DNA of 64,000 nt. Origin: Eledone cirrhosa (lineage: Eukaryota). The notes under the pieces were generated by a model. It worked only from the letters and a program-made list of their open reading frames with translations, had not been told where the DNA came from and did no database searches. Positions 57,657 to 64,000 of the stretch are shown one piece after another; position 1 is the stretch's first letter; every line of letters begins with the position of its first letter. The translations under genes and the position numbers were made by a program. The DNA lies in the NCBI GenBank assembly GCA_964016885.1, contig OZ024741.1:137516001-137580000 (forward strand). Reading direction: 5' to 3'.

Positions 57657-57789
57657 ATATATATATGTACAGCTTCATTGTACATTAACGACCACTGATT
57701 TATATGTATATAAATATATATGTATATATACCAGGTCACTAGCCGAAACCACCGAGCTCGCGTTAGATCCTCTATTTTCATTAATATCT

Positions 57790-57875
<86 letters not shown>

Positions 57876-58244
57876 ATGTGTGTGTGTCTGTGTGTCTGTG
57901 TGGGTGCGCGGTGTGTGTATATGTGAGTGTGTATGTGTATGTGTGTGGAGCATCCATTATACACGCAGAGAGGCCTACTAATTACACATGATGATTATAT
58001 ACGATCCAATACTCGACCTGTTAGAAATAGTAGGCAAATCTTTCTTTATATATCTAACGCATTCGATAAAGAAATACTTCTATGTGTATAAGCTAGGATG
58101 AAAGATGTGATAGCCATGGTTGGATAAGCTTTGATCATATGTTTCGTCGGTCGGGCGGACCTGGATTACAACAACGACAACGACATGTATATACATTTAT
58201 AAATGCATACATGCACATATACATACACATTTAAATAGATACCC

Positions 58245-58307
<63 letters not shown>

Positions 58308-58965
58308 ATTACACACATGAAATTATATGTATGTTTTAGGATAGAGAGATTCACATAATTTTGTTTATATAGATAAATACATAGCTGTATATATACATGT
58401 ATTTATATTACAAAGTCATGTATTATATACATATATATATATATATTATACATTCATATATACACAGCCATTCACACACACACACATATATATATATAAA
58501 TGTGTACATTTTTATATGCATACACACGTTTATATATTCATATTCACAAGCATAGATTTGCTGGGCCCATACAGACCCGTAGGAAAAAAACAACACCATT
58601 CTAACACCGTTATAACAAAACACCATATAAACAGCCGTAATATTTTGGTCGTCTGCCTCAATCAATTATACAATGATAAATAAATACGTGATATTATAAG
58701 TTAAATTGGCTTACCATATATTGATGATTGCCTTCACAGAGCTTGCTTTCATTGTTGTGATGTATGGAGTATAGAAAAGATTGCACATCACTGTACATAT
58801 ACATTTATTCACTTATATAGCTATCCTTCATCTCGTTGGCACATCTTCGACCGTCTTTTTATTGTTGTGTTTGTTCTCGACTAGGTGGCAATTTTCCTTC
58901 CCAGTTCCGATGTCGGAATCACTCAAGCTGTCTTCATTGTTTTGCTTGTATTAGATCAGCCTTCA

Positions 58966-59160
58966 TTCTTCTTTCTTCTTCTTCTTCTTCTTCTTCTTCT
59001 TCTTCTTCTTCTTCTTCTTCTTCTTCTTCTTCTTCTTCTTCTTCTTCTTCTTCTTCTTCTTCTTCTTCTTCTTCTTCTTCTTCTTCTTCTTCTTCTTCTT
59101 CTTCTTCTTCTTCTTCTTCTTCTTCTTCTTCTTCTTCTTCTTCTTCTTCTTCTTCTTCTT
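58966..59160 (+). repeat. Long (CTT)n/(GAA)n trinucleotide microsatellite
   Basis: About 190 bp of almost pure CTT repeats. Confidence 0.97.
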
Positions 59161-59470
59161 CGTCGTCTTATTTTTCTCTTCCTTCTGTTTGTCCTGTTTT
59201 TGCTGTCTATCTTTCTTTCGCTCTGTCGTTCTTCAAAAGAACACAAAACAAAACAAAAATCTCCGCAAACAGGCGAAATGTAGGAGCTGCAGTTGAAGCC
59301 TCTACAGGTTAAGTCTTATCCTTGACTTGGTAGTTAGCCGGTGTTGTTGATCGAGAGACGGAGCAGAGAGAAGGGCAGTAGTGTGAGATGGAGACGTAAC
59401 TAAAGAAGTAGAGTAAGAGAGCGATTCAGATGTATTGATAGATAGAAGGCTATGTATATATATATACATA

Positions 59471-59670
59471 NNNNNNNNNNNNNNNNNNNNNNNNNNNNNN
59501 NNNNNNNNNNNNNNNNNNNNNNNNNNNNNNNNNNNNNNNNNNNNNNNNNNNNNNNNNNNNNNNNNNNNNNNNNNNNNNNNNNNNNNNNNNNNNNNNNNNN
59601 NNNNNNNNNNNNNNNNNNNNNNNNNNNNNNNNNNNNNNNNNNNNNNNNNNNNNNNNNNNNNNNNNNNNNN
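59471..59670. other. Assembly gap (200 N)
   Basis: Run of n characters. Confidence 1.
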
Positions 59671-59767
59671 TTTCCGTTTTGAAAATTGAAAAAGTCATAG
59701 GAGTGAAGAGTGCTCTATGTAAGTTACACAGCTACATTTAATGTATAATAAACAATACAATATAATT

Positions 59768-59837
59768 ACCTCATTACCAGAGGTTTCCCGAATAAAACGA
59801 ATACAAGAAACATCCTCATTCGTTCGTCAGACAAGGC
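59768..59837 (-). ncRNA. Hammerhead ribozyme, family B-related (minus arm of an inverted pair)
   Basis: Near-exact reverse complement of 59871-59940. Confidence 0.75.
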
Positions 59838-59870
59838 AATTTAAAACAATTTAAAACTATGTTTTAAATT

Positions 59871-59940
59871 GCCTTGTCTGACGAACGAAAGAGGACGTTT
59901 CTTGTATTCGTCTTATTCGGGAAACCTCTGGTAATGAGGT
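59871..59940 (+). ncRNA. Hammerhead ribozyme, family B-related (plus arm)
   Basis: GCCTTGT-CTGACGA(59878)-a-CGAA..AGGACG/CGTCTT..TTCG-g-GAAA(59921)-CCtctGG-TA-ATGAGGT. Stem I pairs with G-U wobbles. Confidence 0.8.
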
Positions 59941-60158
59941 AATTATATTGTATTGTTTATTATACATTATATATATATACATATGTATATAAATGGATAG
60001 ATCCCGAGTTGTGTCGGGGGTAACCAGAGATATAAAAGGTTCTCAATACATTGGTAGAGTAGAAACATCTTTATTATATACATAAATGACTTCTCCACTT
60101 CTACAGGACTAGAACTGTTTCATTCGTATTAAATCATCATTTCTCTTTCTGACCCCCC

Positions 60159-60234
<76 letters not shown>

Positions 60235-60274
60235 TTCAAATATTAATAAAATAGATGTTCTTGTGATCAATTAA

Positions 60275-60327
60275 ATTTTATTATACATATTTCAGAGGTA
60301 CAACAGTACGTCTTCATCAGATAAAAT
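60275..60327 (-). ncRNA. Hammerhead ribozyme family A
   Basis: Minus strand ATTTTAT-CTGATGA-AGAcGTAC/tgtt/GTACcTCT-GAAA-TATGTA-TA-ATAAAAT. Same core and stems I/III as 48274, but a different stem II that still pairs. Confidence 0.8.
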
Positions 60328-60999
60328 AAAATGATACATGACATACTCTGAGATGTTAGATGGTTAAGATTTAATCATATATATATATGTGTGTGTATGT
60401 GTGTATGTATGTGGATGTACGTATGTATATATATAATATATATATATATATAGTGAGAGAGAGAGAGAGAGAGAAAAGAGATATATATATAGAGAAATAT
60501 ATAGATATATATGCATACCTCCCCCCCCCCATATATATATATATATATACTGTAAACACTGAATCTATTTTACAAAGTTTGGTCTTGTTTTTCTTTTAGT
60601 TGTATTTATTCCTATTTTGACGATATTATATTACTAAAAGAAAAACATACCTTCATTATGCATATCACTTTTGAACAATCTTCATTGTTAAGATTGATTG
60701 AAATCAGCTTCGCTTTTCGTTGTTCCGTTGTACCAGTTAAATACTGTTGTCGATATAATCAAGTTACCCCATATCCCAAATTTTTGACCTTGTGCCTAAG
60801 CTAGAAACGATTAATATCGTAACGTTATTGTAACTGAATTATGGGTTAAATAGCTTCTCCAATCCGCAATTGGCCAAGCGTGGTGAGTACGTCTACACAC
60901 CTAAAGACATAAGTAAAACCAAAGAAAAAGCAGTGGGGGTCAACCAGGGAAGGTTTCATCCAACAGGACTGAGAAGGCCCTGGATTGGATTGGATTGTA

Positions 61000-61053
<54 letters not shown>

Positions 61054-61086
61054 TACACACACAGGGACACACATATCTATGTATTT

Positions 61087-61166
<80 letters not shown>

Positions 61167-61769
61167 GATATAGATAGATAGATATAACGAAGAGGGTGCG
61201 GTAAGATACAACGTGGACCATAACGTACCAGAGTATTCGATACTTGGGGTAGTACAGTGGGTAATATGAGTTCGGATCTAGCGGAGCTCAGCCGTCGGGG
61301 TCCCGCATCTGTTCATATATATATATACTCCTTATTCATGTTTCATATGAATTTTTGTGTATGGTTAGGATCGATTGAATCCAACTTTGTCTTTCATCTT
61401 TCCATAGTCGATAAAATAAGAGAACATCCATGTAGTGGGTGGCAATTTAATCGACTTTCCTCGTAATTGCTGTCCTTTTGATTAATTAGAAAAGATGATT
61501 GTTATTATTGTTGTTTTTATGACGTTTTTGATGTGACAAGCTTTGTTCCTCATGTGGGTTGACTCGGTCTATAAATCAAACTGAAGGCGTATGGGAAAGC
61601 ATAATAGCGAAAGTCTCGATACAATAATGATAATGGGATTAAAATGATTTGAAATTACAATATCCCCACCAAATGAAAATAAATAAATGAATAAAACAAA
61701 TATTATTTTCTACGTATTCAAAACCAAATCAACATTACTCTTGTAATCGTTTCTAGTTATCATTATTGT

Positions 61770-62625
61770 TAGTACCAGTAATGTACTTAATTGCTGGCCT
61801 TGTGCCAAAGGTAGAAACAATTATTGTTATGGTCGGTAGAACATCGGACACCATGCTTTATGGTATAGAGTGACAGTTCTTCCTGTTCTGATTTCAAATC
61901 TCACCGAAGTTGGTTTTGCCTTTCATCATTACGGTCTCTATAAAATAAAGTACCTGTGACACACTGGGATCTATTTAATCGACTTTCCCTTCCTTCAAAT
62001 TTGTTGGCCTTGTACCTAAATCAGAAACCATCATTATTATATCTAGAGTTTCCTTTTGGTGAAGGCTCCTTTTCTCCAGATAAACACCACTGTATAGTTT
62101 TTCGTTAGCGCAATAGCCCTAACACCATCCAACCTTCTGGCCAATAAAAGATATTATTAAGAATTACCGTTGCAATACTTTCAATAGTTTTGATGCAACA
62201 GAATAATCCACAGTTTTTGTGAGGTTTTTCCTTCAATTTCCCTAACCTGTTATCCTCTTCCTAGTTGACTTTTCTTATAGCTTTAAGATTAATGTTAAAT
62301 CTACTGTTGTCCCGCTATTGATGTTTCTTTTCCTTTGACGCGATGTAAACCCAATTGTTGTTTTTCGTCCTTGTTTTTGCCCCAACAACTTGGCCCATGA
62401 CGCCAAAAAAAGAAATTATTGGATTCGCAGAATCGATAGAGCGTCGGACCAAATGCTTTGCAGCATAAAATTACGGCCCTTTATGTTCTCATTTCAAATC
62501 CCACCGAGGTTAGCTTTGCCTTTCATCTTTAGGGGGTCGATAAAATAAAGCACAGTAAGCACTGGGGTCGTTTTAATTGACCTTCCCCTCCCCTTCAAAT
62601 TGCTGGCCTTGTGCTTATAGTAGAA

Positions 62626-62671
<46 letters not shown>

Positions 62672-63860
62672 ACATGTGGGTGGGGGATTAACAGTATCAG
62701 TAGAGTTACGTCCCTATACATTCTGAGTTCAAATCCCGTCGAGGTTAACTTTGCCTTTCATCCTTAACGGATTGATAAAATGAAGCACCAATAATGCACT
62801 GGGGTCGATTTCATCGACTTTCTCCTTCCCTAAAATCGTTGACCTTGTGCCTAAATCAGAAACCATTATCATTAACCACATGAGATTTCTATAGAAGGTG
62901 GGTGTGTATGTGACAGAATTATCGAGGCTAAATCTGCTAGTGATCAAAGATCTGATTGTCTTTGGTGTTTGTCAATGTAATCCGAGGGTTTGTATGGTGT
63001 AACTCGAATCACTGTTTGGTTAACACTCCTCACTGTTGGGCAGAACTGTATTCCTGGTTCTTATTTTATCATTCTATTTCTCTTTTATTGTTCACTTGTG
63101 CCTGTGAACGTAGAATGTTTGAATGGTTAAGAGGATCGCCCCAGAATTATTAGGATCCATGTTCGATAACTTTAGGTGGCGTCTTGGGTGATTGCAATAT
63201 AACATAAATTTGAGTCGATCCATATTTTGTGATTAAAATTAAGTATACGGAAACTTATAAAACCCCACCGGATTATCTATAACGTAATCGTGAGCGGCCA
63301 GACTTGTCACGCCGGATATACCCAAGAAATAACTTAAGGGGGTCGTACCTGGTGAACGCTCAGCCACATATATTTTAATTATTTTTGCAAGCCGTTCAGG
63401 TGATTGAACAGCTGGAACATTCATCATGGAAACCGACAAAGGTCCATCAATGTTTTTACTCATTTTACTAAATGTGAAAACTTTCGCTGTTTCCTGTGTC
63501 TTCGTAATGGCGGTAGAAAATCGGGAAAATGGAGTGCTCTATAGGTTCCAGCTCTTTATGATCAAATGAACGGTTTTGTGTTTTATCTCTCCTAGGTCGA
63601 TTAGTTAAGTAATATAGTCGATGTAATCGATATTCACTTCCTTACAATTTGCTGCACTTGTCTCTAGCGTCAGACAACATGCTTTGTGACATATAGTTAC
63701 GACCCTTTGCGTTCTGAGTTCAAATACCACCGAGGTTACTTTTGCCTTTCATCCTTAAGGGATCAATAAAATAAAGTACCAGAATTGCACTGGATTCGAT
63801 TTAATCGACCTTCTCGTTCCTTTCAAATTACTAGCCCTGCTCCAAATATAGAAACAATTG
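61770..63860 (+). mobile_element. Several SINE family 1 copies (~61770-61825, 61835-62030, 62420-62625, 62700-62865, 63660-63860)
   Basis: B-box, GCCTTTCATC body and GCCTTGTGCC..AGAAAC tail strings. Confidence 0.8.
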
Positions 63861-64000
63861 ATCCTGTAGCAGTGGAGAGTTCCAGCGTTCTTGACCCTCG
63901 GACCACATCTCTGTTCACTGCTATCGAAGCGGAGTTGGCTGCCCGTATGTGTGAGCCCCATCAGGTGGAGTGGCTGTTCCAACGAGTCTCCTTCACTGTC

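Noticed and set aside
58836-59312. Poly-Ser/poly-Leu/poly-Arg ORFs
   Set aside because: Products of the (CTT)n tract, with no coding signal in the flanks.
59435-59698. ORFs spanning X residues
   Set aside because: Artefacts of the 200-N assembly gap.

Overview
AT-rich, microsatellite-dense animal genomic DNA, probably intergenic or intronic. The (TA)n/(CA)n/(TATC)n load and SINE types suggest an octopod cephalopod, which is an inference. No host protein-coding gene is convincingly supported, and most short ORFs in the track are microsatellite artefacts. The window is mainly retroelements. (1) Two divergent, decayed Tx1-clade (L1-like) LINEs plus a 3' stub lie head-to-tail inside (TATC)n tracts (1804-12782). 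(2) A near-complete Penelope-like element (PLE; RT + GIY-YIG, Naiad/Neptune-like, ~43721-48137) has an Asn-rich 5' coding region interrupted by a satellite-bearing non-autonomous Helitron (43754-44960). (3) About ten minimal hammerhead-ribozyme motifs plus further partial ones, from several PLE-end families, often occur as head-to-head inverted pairs whose 3' ends abut (TA)n. (4) There are more than 20 copies of a tRNA-derived SINE, a second CORE-like SINE, and CR1-, I-group- and CRE-like LINE fragments. (5) Several fold-back inverted duplications sit at TA tracts. A 200-N assembly gap lies at 59471-59670. All calls were read by eye; no searches or folding programs were run.
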